Shown: positions 1 through 8,134 of the stretch, piece by piece
How positions within the stretch are numbered: the first letter of the stretch is position 1
How the letters are laid out: the number at the start of each line of letters is the position of its first letter
UHGV virus genome: UHGV-0043381
Strand: one strand, 5' to 3'
DNA length: 12,991 bases
From: a virus
Translations under genes and position numbers: made by a program
Notes under the pieces: generated by a model
Seen by the model: only the letters and a program-made list of their open reading frames with translations
Databases searched by the model: none
What the model was told of the DNA's origin: nothing

Positions 1-3
1 ATA

Positions 4-40
4 AACTGCAGAATATTATCCCATATAATATCCTGCAGTT
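4..40. repeat. 37-bp near-perfect palindrome (16-bp arms, 15/16 pairing, 5-nt loop) 10 nt downstream of the tfa stop; possible terminator or recombination site
   Basis: Read directly: arm 4-19 aactgcagaatattat pairs with 25-40 ataatatcctgcagtt around loop cccat. The window edge prevents seeing what follows on the minus strand. Confidence 0.4.
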
Positions 41-49
41 CGTAATGCA

Positions 50-634
50 CTATTCGATAATGGGTACTGTTGGCCATTCAATATCCGGTGCAGTTGTTGT
101 ATTAACACGGTTCAGCAACACCCGATATTTTTTCCAGGCTTCCAGCAATGAGGTTTCTTCCTCCGTTGCGATCTCCAGATCTACAGCATCCTGAAGTGGC
201 GCTATATGCTCACTGGCTACCTGCATCAGGCTGTTTTTTGTTTCTTCCGCCTCCCGGATCCGGAACAGTTTTTCTGCTTCCGTATCCTTCACCCAGGCTG
301 TGCCGTTCCACTTCTGATATTCCCCTTCCGGCGATAACCAGGTGACATTTTCCGGTAACGAGCCAAGTTCAGAAATAAATAACGCGTCGCCGGAAGCCAC
401 GTCATAGACGGTTTTTCCCCGATGATCTTCAACGAGATGCCACGATGCCTCATCACTGTTGAAAACAGCCACAAAGCCAGCCGGAATATCTGGCGGTGCA
501 ATATCGGTACTGTTTGCTGGCAGACCTGTATGAGGCGGAATATATGCGTCACCTTCACCAATAAATTCATTAGTTCCGGCCAGCAGATTATAAATTTTTA
601 TGGTCCGTGCTTGTTCACTCATTCTGAATGCCAT
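50..634 (-). CDS. tfa: Tail fiber assembly protein Tfa (lambda-type), 194 aa
   Basis: ORF-track protein [44 protein letters not shown]... matches my recollection of lambda Tfa along its whole length. ATG at 634-632 overlaps the TAA of the upstream frame (TAATG), as at lambda stf/tfa. Stop TAG at 52-50. Confidence 0.9.
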   Translation of the reverse strand: MAFRMSEQARTIKIYNLLAGTNEFIGEGDAYIPPHTGLPANSTDIAPPDIPAGFVAVFNSDEASWHLVEDHRGKTVYDVASGDALFISELGSLPENVTWLSPEGEYQKWNGTAWVKDTEAEKLFRIREAEETKNSLMQVASEHIAPLQDAVDLEIATEEETSLLEAWKKYRVLLNRVNTTTAPDIEWPTVPIIE

Positions 635-2316
635 TATGCAAGCCTCACAATATAGTTAAATGCGATATTTTTGACGGTGTTTTCCGCGTTACCAGCAGCG
701 TTAACGGTGATGGTGTGTCCATGTGAGCCAATCGCAACCGAGTGCGTATGAGCACCAATATCCGTACCGATTTCGGTAAGGTAAACCCCGTTTTTGTTTC
801 GCTTACGTGGCATGCTGGCCACTGGCTTTCCGTAGACGGATGCCCCTTTAATGGGGATCACCCGGAACAGCCCATGTTTTTTCGAGCGTTCATACACAAT
901 GGTCGGGTCAATCCCGCCAGTATCCCAGCAGATACGGGATATCGACATTTCTGCACCATTCCGGCGGGTATAGGTTTTATTGATGGCCTCATCCACACGC
1001 AGCAGCGTCTGTTCATCGTCGTGGCGGCCCATAATAATCTGCCGGTCAATCAGCCAGCTTTCCTCACCCGGCCCCCATCCCCATACGCGCATTTCGTAGC
1101 GGTCCAGCTGGGAGTCGATACCGGCGGTCAGGTAAGCCACACGGTCAGGAACGGGCGCTGAATAATGCTCTTTCCGCTCCGCCATCACCTCAGCATCCGG
1201 ACGTTCGCCAATTTTCGCTTCCCATGTCTCACCGAGCGTGGTGTTCACGAAGGTTTTACGTTTTCCCGTATCCCCTTTCGTCTTCATCCAGTCTTTGACA
1301 ATCTGCACCCAGGTGGTGAACGGGCTGTACGCCGTCCAGATGTGAAAGGTCACACTGTCCGGCGGCTCAATCTCTTCACCGGATGACGAAAACCAGAGAA
1401 TGCCATCACGGGTCCAGATCCCGGTCTTTTCGCAGATATAACGGGCATCAGTAAAGTCCAGCTCCTGCTGGCGGATGACGCAGGCATTATGCTCGCAGAG
1501 ATAAAACACGCTGGAGGGGTCATCCGGCGTCCATTTGAGGCCAAACGGCGCCTCTTTGTCGCCAAATTTAAGATACTGCTCCTCCCCGCAGTGCGGGCAG
1601 GCAACATGAAAACGCATAAAATGCGGGGATTCACTGGCTGCACGCTCAATCTGGCAGGTGCCTCTCACTTTGGGCGTGGAGCCACGGATGGACTTTGGCC
1701 AGACCGAGCCTTCAATACGTTTGTCGCCAAGGAACGTCGGAGAGCCTTCCTGTTCAATATCCTCATCAAAGGCAGCAAGTTCATCATAACCCGCCACATC
1801 CACCGACTTTTCACGGTAGTTTTTTGCCGCTTTACCGCCCAGGCACCAGAAGCCACGACCATTGGAAAAACGCTTCATGGTGAGCGTGTTATCCCGGTGC
1901 TTTTTGCCATACCACGGAGCCAGCGCCAGCAGCGACGGAATATCGCGGATGGTCGGCTCAACGTGGGTTTTCATAAAGTTCTCGGCATCACCATCCGTCG
2001 GCAACCAGATAAGGGTGTTGCGCTGCTTATGCTCTATAAAGTAGGCATAAACACCCAGCAGCATTTTGGAATAACCGACACGGGCAGACTTCACCACATT
2101 CACCTCACGGATGTAGTCGCTGCCCATCGCATTCATGATGGCCCGCTGAAAGGGCAGTGTTTCCCAGCGCCCTTCCTGGTATGCGGATTCTTTTGGGAGA
2201 TAGTAATTGGCATCCGCCCATTCAACGGCGGTCTGTGGCTCCGGCCTGAACAGTGAGCGAAGCCCGGCGCGGACAAAATGCCGCAGCCTGTTAACCTGAC
2301 TGTTCGATATATTCAC
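634..2316 (-). pseudogene. A: Terminase large subunit gpA, C-terminally truncated (about 519 lambda-like codons) and fused in frame to about 41 unrelated codons, probably the 3' end of a side tail fiber gene
   Basis: Translation [56 protein letters not shown]... follows lambda gpA (641 aa in lambda) through ...[11 protein letters not shown], then diverges to [41 protein letters not shown] before the stop; joint near nt 759. Walker-A-like KSARVGYSK retained. GTG start at 2316 overlaps the nu1 3' end as in lambda. The frame ends exactly where tfa starts. Confidence 0.85.
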
Positions 2317-2836
2317 TCAGCAACCCCGGTATCAGTTCATCCAGCGCGGCTGCTTTGTTCATGGCTTTGATGATATCCCGTTTCAGGAAATCAACATGTC
2401 GGTTTTCCAGTTCCGGAAAACGCCGCTGCACCGACAGGGGGATCCCGTCGAGAATACTGGCAATTTCACCTGCGATCCGCGACAGCACGAAAGTACAGAA
2501 TGCGGTTTCCACCACTTCAGCGGAGTCTCTGGCATTTTTCAGCTCCTGTGCGTCGGCCTGCGCACGCGTAAGTCGATGGCGTTCGTACTCAATAGTCCCT
2601 GGCTGGAGATCTGTCTCGCTGGCCTGCCGCAGTTCTTCAACTTCCCGGCGCAGCTTTTCGTTCTCAATTTCAGCATCCCTTTCGGCATACCATTTTATGA
2701 CGGCGGCAGAGTCATAAAGCACCTCATTACCCTTGCCACCGCCTCGCAGAACGGGCATTCCCTGTTCCTGCCAGTTCTGAATGGTACGGATACTCGCACC
2801 GAAAATGTCAGCCAGCTGCTTTTTGTTGACTTCCAT
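2291..2836 (-). CDS. nu1: Terminase small subunit Nu1 (lambda-type), 181 aa
   Basis: Protein [71 protein letters not shown]... matches lambda Nu1 end to end; ATG at 2836-2834 sits immediately next to cosB. Confidence 0.93.
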   Translation of the reverse strand: MEVNKKQLADIFGASIRTIQNWQEQGMPVLRGGGKGNEVLYDSAAVIKWYAERDAEIENEKLRREVEELRQASETDLQPGTIEYERHRLTRAQADAQELKNARDSAEVVETAFCTFVLSRIAGEIASILDGIPLSVQRRFPELENRHVDFLKRDIIKAMNKAAALDELIPGLLSEYIEQSG

Positions 2837-3040
2837 TGTTCATTCCACGGACAAAAACAGAGAAAGGAAACGACAGAGGCCAAAAAGCTCGCTTTCAGCA
2901 CCTGTCGCTTCCTTTCTTTTCAGAGGGTATTTTAAATAAAAACATTAAGTTACGACGAAGAAGAACGGAAACGCCTTAAACCGGAAAATTTTCATAAATA
3001 GCGAAAACCCGCGAGGTCGCCGCCCCGTAACCTGTCGGAT
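2837..3040. other. cos site: cosB with Nu1-binding R3/R2/R1 elements (about 2850-2975), cosN 12-nt cohesive-end sequence at 3014-3025, cosQ-side flank to about 3040
   Basis: 3014-3025 aggtcgccgccc is the reverse complement of the lambda left cohesive end GGGCGGCGACCT and is followed by cgtaacctgt, the reverse complement of the lambda right terminus ACAGGTTACG. R-site-like motifs are visible as reverse complements (gagaaaggaaacg, cgcttcctttct, gaagaagaacggaaacg). Orientation is reverse-complement relative to the lambda map. Confidence 0.85.
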
Positions 3041-3224
3041 CGCCGGAAAGGACCCGCAAAATGATAATAATTATCATCTGCATGTCACAACGTGCATCTA
3101 CGCCATCAAACCACGTCAAATAATCAATTATGACGCAGGTATCATATTAATTGATCTGCATCAACTTAACGTAAAAACAACTTCAGACAATACAAATCAG
3201 CGACACTGAATACGGGACAACCTC

Positions 3225-3458
3225 ATGTCAACGAAGAACAGAACCCGCAGAACAACAACCCGCAACATCCGCTTTCCTAACCAAATGATTGAACAAATTA
3301 ACATCGCTCTTGATCAAAAAGGGTCCGGGAATTTCTCAGCCTGGGTCATTGAAGCCTGCCGCCGGAGACTGTGCTCAGAAAAAAGAGTTTCTCCTGAAGC
3401 AAACAAAGAAAAGAGTGACATTACTGAATTGCTCAGAAAACAGATCAGACCAGATTGA
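3225..3458 (+). CDS. Small basic hypothetical protein, 77 aa, possibly DNA-binding (ribbon-helix-helix-like N-terminus); cos-proximal, AT-rich
   Basis: ATG at 3225, uninterrupted to 3458. Arg/Thr-rich N-terminus MSTKNRTRRTTTRNIRFPNQMIEQINIALDQKG... resembles RHH/Arc-type regulators, judged by eye only. Weak SD. A similar small ORF sits near cos in DLP12-type prophages, from memory. Confidence 0.5.
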   Translation: MSTKNRTRRTTTRNIRFPNQMIEQINIALDQKGSGNFSAWVIEACRRRLCSEKRVSPEANKEKSDITELLRKQIRPD

Positions 3459-3517
3459 AGCAATTTAGATAATCGTGCAGACTACGCCTCCCCTCATATC
3501 ACATGGAAGGTTTATCT

Positions 3518-3928
3518 ATGGATCAGGTAGTCATTTTTAAACAAATATTTGATAAAGTTCGAAACGATTTAAACTATCAATGGTTTTATTCTGAGCTAAA
3601 ACGTCACAATGTCTCACATTACATTTACTATTTAGCCACAGAGAATGTTCATATTGTATTAAAAAATGATAATACAGTGTTATTAAAGGGCCTAAAAAAC
3701 ATTGTGTCTGTCAAATTTTCAAAGGATAGGCATCTTATAGAAACGACCTCTAATAAGCTGAAATCCAGAGAGATCACATTTCAGGAATACAGAAGAAACC
3801 TTGCTAAAGCAGGAGTTTTTCGGTGGGTTACAAATATCCACGAACAAAAAAGATATTACTATACCTTTGATAATTCATTACTCTTTACTGAAAACATACA
3901 GAGCACATCACAAATGTTTCCACACTAA
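3518..3928 (+). CDS. ybcV: DUF1398-family protein (YbcV/YdfO-like), 136 aa from the SD-supported ATG
   Basis: Protein [58 protein letters not shown]... matches my recollection of the K-12 DLP12 YbcV family. SD ggaagg lies 7 nt before the ATG at 3518; the ORF track extends to an upstream ATG at 3503, which lacks an SD. Strongly AT-rich relative to flanking phage genes. Confidence 0.65.
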   Translation: MDQVVIFKQIFDKVRNDLNYQWFYSELKRHNVSHYIYYLATENVHIVLKNDNTVLLKGLKNIVSVKFSKDRHLIETTSNKLKSREITFQEYRRNLAKAGVFRWVTNIHEQKRYYYTFDNSLLFTENIQSTSQMFPH

Positions 3929-4033
3929 ACCATAACGTCCGGTTTCTTCTACCCCTGCACCGGACTGGCTGACATGAAGAGCAACCCCGCGTTCAGTTGA
4001 CGCGTTAATAACCCGGTGTGCATCGTTTTTGAT

Positions 4034-4098
4034 TATTCCCGCACACTCACGCAGAAGGAATTCCCCGTCAGGCTACGGTCATGGTTAATGCGGGAATA
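4034..4098. repeat. Perfect 10-bp inverted repeat pair (tattcccgca ... tgcgggaata) flanking a 45-bp spacer, in the convergent gap between ybcV and rha
   Basis: Read directly: 4034-4043 and 4089-4098 are exact reverse complements; the spacer contains gaattc. No adjoining T-run in terminator orientation on either strand. Confidence 0.4.
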
Positions 4099-4230
4099 CG
4101 GCGACGATACAGCGCATGATGTGTCAGGCTTGAATACCTTTATCCGTTAAAAGGGATATCAGTTAAGTTATCCCGTGCAGGGTATAAGCCATTATCAAGC
4201 CCCCCGTAGATAGGCTTTGTAATGACATCT

Positions 4231-4755
4231 TCAATTAATCAGCAGTTCAGGCTGTGTCACCTGCAAGATGTATTCATGCTCGACAGCCAGGACACGCTTC
4301 TCTTTCTTCCGTTCGTTCATTAACCGACTGCCGATCGTACCTTTCAGCTTTGAGCGTGTTTCTTTGATGGCGTAGCGGTGCTGCATTTCTTCGCCAATTG
4401 CCATGCGGCGGCTCAGTTGTTCTGCCATCCAGTTGAATGCTGCGATATAGCTCTCCTTGATTGCCGCAGCAGCTTTCCCGGTGAACCCCATCACAACCAT
4501 GATCCAGCCATCTTTCGTCAGGCTGTACATCGGGCGAACCTTGCCCTGCTCATCGATATAATCAGCCGACGCAAAATTGCGTTGGCTAAACTCACGCGAG
4601 CAATCAGCCTTAACCTGCTCGATTTTCCTGAGAACATCACCGTGTCGCTTGCCGAAGTACTTGGCAATTTTTCTGGATGTGGTAACGACCTCTCCGTTTT
4701 TGGCTTGCACCATTTCTCGGAAGTCGAAGGCTGGAATAACTGAATGATTATTCAT
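4231..4755 (-). CDS. Rha-family phage regulatory protein (Phage_pRha-like), 175 aa from the first plausible ATG
   Basis: Motif ...EVVTTSRKIAKYFGKRHGDVLRKIEQ... near the N-terminus is typical of the phage Rha family as I remember it. The ORF-track frame extends upstream to 4998 through a non-ATG start; I place the start at ATG 4755-4753, preceded by aaagg. Confidence 0.65.
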   Translation of the reverse strand: MNNHSVIPAFDFREMVQAKNGEVVTTSRKIAKYFGKRHGDVLRKIEQVKADCSREFSQRNFASADYIDEQGKVRPMYSLTKDGWIMVVMGFTGKAAAAIKESYIAAFNWMAEQLSRRMAIGEEMQHRYAIKETRSKLKGTIGSRLMNERKKEKRVLAVEHEYILQVTQPELLIN

Positions 4756-4894
4756 AGCGTCTTTACCTTTTAGAAAGTGAGCCTGTCTCACAGAAAAGCC
4801 GCCCGAGAGAGGTCGCCACCTATAACGGCATTTCTCAGGCTCGCTTACTGAAAGGCTCTCGTTAATATGCGCGTGAGATGCGCTGTGAAATTCA

Positions 4895-4922
4895 GATATA
4901 AAAAGCCCCGCGAATGCGAGGC
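4895..4922 (-). terminator. Putative intrinsic terminator downstream of Rz/Rz1 (minus strand)
   Basis: Minus-strand hairpin gcctcgc-(attc)-gcggggc, 7-bp stem with one mismatch, followed by TTTTTATATCTG; sits between the Rz stop (5098) and the rha start (4755). Confidence 0.45.
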
Positions 4923-5097
4923 TAAATCCTGGTATTTGTAATGAACTGGCTCTTATCTCAACGCAGCCCCTTACTGCGCGCCAGATGCTCAATATCAAGC
5001 ATCAGCAATGAGATGTTTAATCTGGATTTACTCCAGAAGTGATCACCACCCTGTCTACAGAGCCAGATGTGAAGGATGATGAGTAAAATTATCGCTA

Positions 5098-5565
5098 TCA
5101 TCGAAGGCATTGCGTCCTAATGTATTCCTGAAGCGTTCTCAGTGCTGTTTGGTCGCGGATAATTCCGTCCCGGATATCGAGAACGTTTCGTCCAGCAACT
5201 GGAGAGAGTTCGACGGTGGCATCATTGCCCATGCCGGAGGCGCTGGAGGTTTCGGCAGAGGATGGCACAGGGCATTTTCCTTTGACGAGCACCCTGCCAC
5301 CATTATCAAGCTTCCGCAGAAGAGCATCATTTTCAGCTTTCGCATCAGCTAACTCCTTCGTGTATTTTGCATCGAGCGCAGCAACATCACGCTGACGCAT
5401 CTGCATGTCAGTAATTGCCGCGTTCGCCAGCTTCAGTTCTCTGACATTTTTGTCGCGCTGGGCTTTGTAGGTAATGGCGTTATCACGGTAATGATTAACA
5501 GCCCATGACAGGCAGACGATGATGCAGATAACCAGAGCGGAGATAATCGCAGTTACTCTGCTCAT
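5098..5565 (-). CDS. Rz: Rz i-spanin, 155 aa; N-terminus lambda-Rz-like, C-terminal half divergent
   Basis: [40 protein letters not shown]... matches the lambda Rz N-terminus (TM anchor). ATG at 5565-5563 overlaps the endolysin stop (ATGA). The ORF-track start at 5577 is a GTG extension that I reject. Confidence 0.85.
   Translation of the reverse strand: MSRVTAIISALVICIIVCLSWAVNHYRDNAITYKAQRDKNVRELKLANAAITDMQMRQRDVAALDAKYTKELADAKAENDALLRKLDNGGRVLVKGKCPVPSSAETSSASGMGNDATVELSPVAGRNVLDIRDGIIRDQTALRTLQEYIRTQCLR
5139..5345 (-). CDS. Rz1: Rz1 o-spanin lipoprotein, embedded in the +1 frame of Rz, 68 aa
   Basis: [22 protein letters not shown]... has a lipobox (VAGC) followed by a proline-rich segment [16 protein letters not shown]; entirely inside Rz in another frame, the classic Rz/Rz1 arrangement. 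Confidence 0.75.
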   Translation of the reverse strand: MRKLKMMLFCGSLIMVAGCSSKENALCHPLPKPPAPPAWAMMPPSNSLQLLDETFSISGTELSATKQH

Positions 5566-6059
5566 TGCTGCCCCCACAAACAGACTTCACGCTCAATCTC
5601 ACGGCGAGTCATCAGCCCTTTCCATTGCTTACCGCCAGCATATGTCCAGCGACGTAGCTGATCACATGCGCCTTTGATATCGCCCTGGTTTATTTTGCGA
5701 AGAAGCGTCGATGTTCTGAAATTGCCAGCACCCACGTTGTAAACGAATGAGTAAAGAGCGCCGCGCATTGTTTCCGGTATATCGACTTTGATGTACGGGT
5801 TAATTTGTCTGGCGACCGTGGCAAGGTCTTTATTCAAGAGTGTTTTGCATTCTGCTTTGGTATACGTTTTACCGAGCATGATGTCTTTTCCTGTATGCCC
5901 GTGACATACAGTCCATACACCAACAATATCTTTGTATGGTATGTAGCTGACACCTTCCAGACCATCGTTACCACTTGGGCCAGTAATTAACACTGATGCT
6001 ATAGCAATTGCTCCGCCACCAATAGCAGCAGCAACGGCTTTTCGTAATGATGGAGGCAT
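5562..6059 (-). CDS. R: SAR endolysin (phage 21 R-type lysozyme with N-terminal signal-anchor-release domain), 165 aa
   Basis: [59 protein letters not shown]... matches my recollection of R21/RrrD. Gly/Ala-rich SAR segment; catalytic E35, D44, T50 present by count. ATG at 6059-6057 overlaps the holin stop (TAATG). Confidence 0.9.
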   Translation of the reverse strand: MPPSLRKAVAAAIGGGAIAIASVLITGPSGNDGLEGVSYIPYKDIVGVWTVCHGHTGKDIMLGKTYTKAECKTLLNKDLATVARQINPYIKVDIPETMRGALYSFVYNVGAGNFRTSTLLRKINQGDIKGACDQLRRWTYAGGKQWKGLMTRREIEREVCLWGQQ

Positions 6060-6274
6060 TATTCACCTCTCGCAGCCTTGCGCTTATCTTCTTTAATCTT
6101 GAAATAAAGGTTTGTCAGGTACGTCAGCAGGCCAAATACCAGGCTACCCAGCACTCCAATTGCCGCCCACTGTGAGGGCGTGACTTTATCGAGCAGCTGT
6201 AAAAACCAGTAACCGGCACTACCTGCTGAGGTGCCATAGGCGACACCCGTTGTTAACTTATCCATGGATTTCAT
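6059..6274 (-). CDS. S: Class II holin (S21-type pinholin) with dual-start motif MKSMDK, 71 aa
   Basis: [71 protein letters not shown] matches the S21/EssD family. Two in-frame ATGs at 6274 and 6265 (holin/antiholin dual start); SD-like gaggtgggg upstream. The ORF-track start at 6319 is a TTG extension that I reject. Confidence 0.88.
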
Positions 6275-6699
6275 AACCCCACCTCGCAGACAAAGCGGGT
6301 GTAAATTGAGGGAATACAACGTATCGCAAAAAAGCAGAAACGTAACAGACTCGGAGTCAGTGAATAACTCAGGTATTGAGTTATCAGCTAATATCGAGAC
6401 TCAAAAAATGGAAAAACCAGCTCGACGGCGGGTTTAAGCTGTGTGACGAAGTAACCACTCTTAACAGCATAACCAATTTTTTACGTACGTAAACCACTGA
6501 ATGATATTTATGAGAATGCTACCGAGTGTTCAAAACTCCACCACAAATACATAAGAAAACCTTAACAAATAACCAATAAATAATTTCCAGCGTTATTTTT
6601 AGCCAATTTAAATTGAACCTTCAAATTATAGAGCACTTATAAATAACAGCCATTAATATAAATTGGCTAATAGATTTATTTTTATTCAGCCAAGAGCCA

Positions 6700-6863
6700 T
6701 GAATAGGATTCGATAGAAAAAAGTTCAGATAAAAATAGAGATCTACTTCACAAATTAAACGAGAAACTAAAACTTACATCTTGAAATAATCACATTGATT
6801 AGATGAATATTTATCGCGCAGTGACATCATTTTTTAATAATAGTTCAAAAAAAAGGGCTCACG
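6700..6863 (+). promoter_or_regulatory. Putative nmpC promoter with OmpR-box-like repeats (ttacatcttgaaataatcacat), weak -10, SD aaggg
   Basis: Sequence at about 6770-6800 resembles the ompC C1 OmpR site TTTACATTTTGAAACATCTAT from memory. TTGAAA at 6781-6786; AT-rich 540-bp leader; a 12-bp perfect palindrome caatttaaattg at 6604-6615 lies further upstream. Confidence 0.35.
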
Positions 6864-7946
6864 ATGAAAAAATTAACAGTGGCAATTTCTGCTGTAGCTG
6901 CATCAGTACTGATGGCGATGTCTGCTCAGGCAGCTGAAATTTATAATAAAGACAGTAACAAGCTGGATCTGTACGGGAAAGTTAATGCTAAGCACTACTT
7001 CTCCTCTAATGATGCAGATGATGGTGATACTACTTATGCCCGTCTTGGCTTCAAAGGTGAAACCCAAATCAACGATCAACTGACTGGTTTCGGTCAGTGG
7101 GAATATGAATTCAAAGGCAACCGCGCTGAATCTCAAGGTTCCTCCAAAGACAAAACCCGTCTTGCATTTGCAGGCCTGAAATTCGGTGACTACGGCTCAA
7201 TCGATTACGGCCGTAACTACGGTGTAGCATACGACATCGGTGCGTGGACTGACGTTCTGCCAGAATTCGGTGGCGATACCTGGACCCAAACAGATGTATT
7301 CATGACTGGTCGCACCACAGGTGTTGCAACTTATCGTAACAACGACTTCTTTGGTCTGGTTGATGGCCTGAACTTTGCAGCTCAGTATCAGGGCAAAAAT
7401 GACCGAAATGAAGTAACTGAAGCTAATGGCGATGGTTTCGGTTTCTCAACTACTTATGAGTATGAAGGATTCGGCGTGGGTGCAACCTATGCTAAATCTG
7501 ATCGCACTAATAATCAGGTTATCTACGGTAACAACGGTCTGAATGCTTCTGGTCAAAATGCTGAAGTATGGGCAGCTGGTCTGAAATATGATGCGAACAA
7601 CATCTATCTGGCCACCACCTATTCTGAAACCCAGAACATGACTGTTTTTGGTAATAACCATATTGCCAACAAAGCACAAAACTTCGAAGCTGTTGCACAA
7701 TATCAGTTCGACTTCGGCCTGCGTCCATCCGTTGCTTACCTGCATTCTAAAGGAAAAGACTTGGGTGTTTGGGGTGATCAGGACCTGGTTGAATATGTTG
7801 ATGTAGGTGCAACCTATTACTTCAACAAAAATATGTCCACTTTTGTTGACTACAAAATCAACCTGATTGATAAGAGCGATTTCACGAAAGCATCTGGCGT
7901 TGCTACCGATGATATCGTTGCTGTAGGTATGGTTTACCAGTTCTAA
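6864..7946 (+). CDS. nmpC: Outer-membrane general porin of the OmpC/OmpF family (NmpC/OmpD-type), intact, 360 aa
   Basis: Signal peptide [23 protein letters not shown] followed by [24 protein letters not shown]... and C-terminal ...VGMVYQF (terminal Phe typical of OM beta-barrels); matches my recollection of the DLP12 NmpC family. Not IS-interrupted, unlike the K-12 copy. Confidence 0.92.
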   Translation: MKKLTVAISAVAASVLMAMSAQAAEIYNKDSNKLDLYGKVNAKHYFSSNDADDGDTTYARLGFKGETQINDQLTGFGQWEYEFKGNRAESQGSSKDKTRLAFAGLKFGDYGSIDYGRNYGVAYDIGAWTDVLPEFGGDTWTQTDVFMTGRTTGVATYRNNDFFGLVDGLNFAAQYQGKNDRNEVTEANGDGFGFSTTYEYEGFGVGATYAKSDRTNNQVIYGNNGLNASGQNAEVWAAGLKYDANNIYLATTYSETQNMTVFGNNHIANKAQNFEAVAQYQFDFGLRPSVAYLHSKGKDLGVWGDQDLVEYVDVGATYYFNKNMSTFVDYKINLIDKSDFTKASGVATDDIVAVGMVYQF

Positions 7947-7961
7947 TTTGATTACTAAAAG

Positions 7962-8043
7962 ATATGTTGTGGGAGGCTTTGCCTCCCCAACATATAAGTG
8001 GCTCCCTCAAGCCACTTCCTTTAGAAGCACAACCTTGCTTCTA
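7962..8043. other. Cluster of three consecutive stem-loops between the nmpC stop and the Q stop
   Basis: Read directly: 7962-7995, about 15-bp stem with one bulged t (atatgttgtgggaggc / gcctccccaacatat); 7996-8017, 8-bp perfect stem (aagtggct / agccactt); 8023-8042, 6-bp stem (agaagc / gcttct). Confidence 0.5.
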
Positions 8044-8082
8044 ACTATACAAACCTTCTGTTATATATTACCCTTTATTTTT

Positions 8083-8110
8083 GGGGGCGTTTCAACGCCC
8101 CATTTTTAAT
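8083..8110 (+). terminator. Intrinsic terminator for nmpC (GC stem gggggcg/cgcccc plus T-run)
   Basis: Stem 8083-8089 / 8096-8101 with loop tttcaa, followed by atttttaat on the plus strand. A T-run also precedes the stem, but the minus-strand 3' side is A-rich, so termination is mainly plus-strand. Confidence 0.55.
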
Positions 8111-8134
8111 AACTTTTAGTAAATAATTGGCGTA

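Noticed and set aside
1489-2256. 255-aa plus-strand ORF, plus many 60-140-aa ORFs on both strands between 148 and 2935 (for example 742..1161, 1350..1649, 2396..2935)
   Set aside because: All lie antisense to or out of frame within the well-supported tfa, A' and nu1 genes or across cosB; no start context and no recognisable protein features. Shadow ORFs in GC-balanced coding DNA.
4756-4998. N-terminal extension of the Rha ORF in the track (255 aa starting at 4998)
   Set aside because: The extension uses a non-ATG start and runs through the predicted Rz terminator; the Rha-family homology begins at the internal ATG (4755).
3026-5098. Possibility that the whole Rz-cos interval is simply the lambda right arm (its length is about the same as in lambda)
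   Set aside because: Only the 200 bp next to cos look lambda-like to me; no Bor-like lipoprotein ORF is present, and Rha and DUF1398 are not lambda genes, so the length match is treated as coincidental.
6320-6863. Short plus-strand ORFs in the nmpC leader (for example the 44-codon frame from 6803 overlapping the nmpC start) as candidate small toxins or leader peptides
   Set aside because: No SD, out of frame with the porin, low-complexity AT-rich sequence; more parsimonious as promoter and operator DNA.
6903-7745. Minus-strand ORFs inside nmpC (6903..7136, 7446..7745, 7519..7728) and plus-strand ORF 5110..5352 inside Rz
   Set aside because: Antisense to strongly supported genes and without independent signals. 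Rz1 (5139..5345, minus strand) is the only embedded gene accepted, because of its lipobox and Pro-rich signature.
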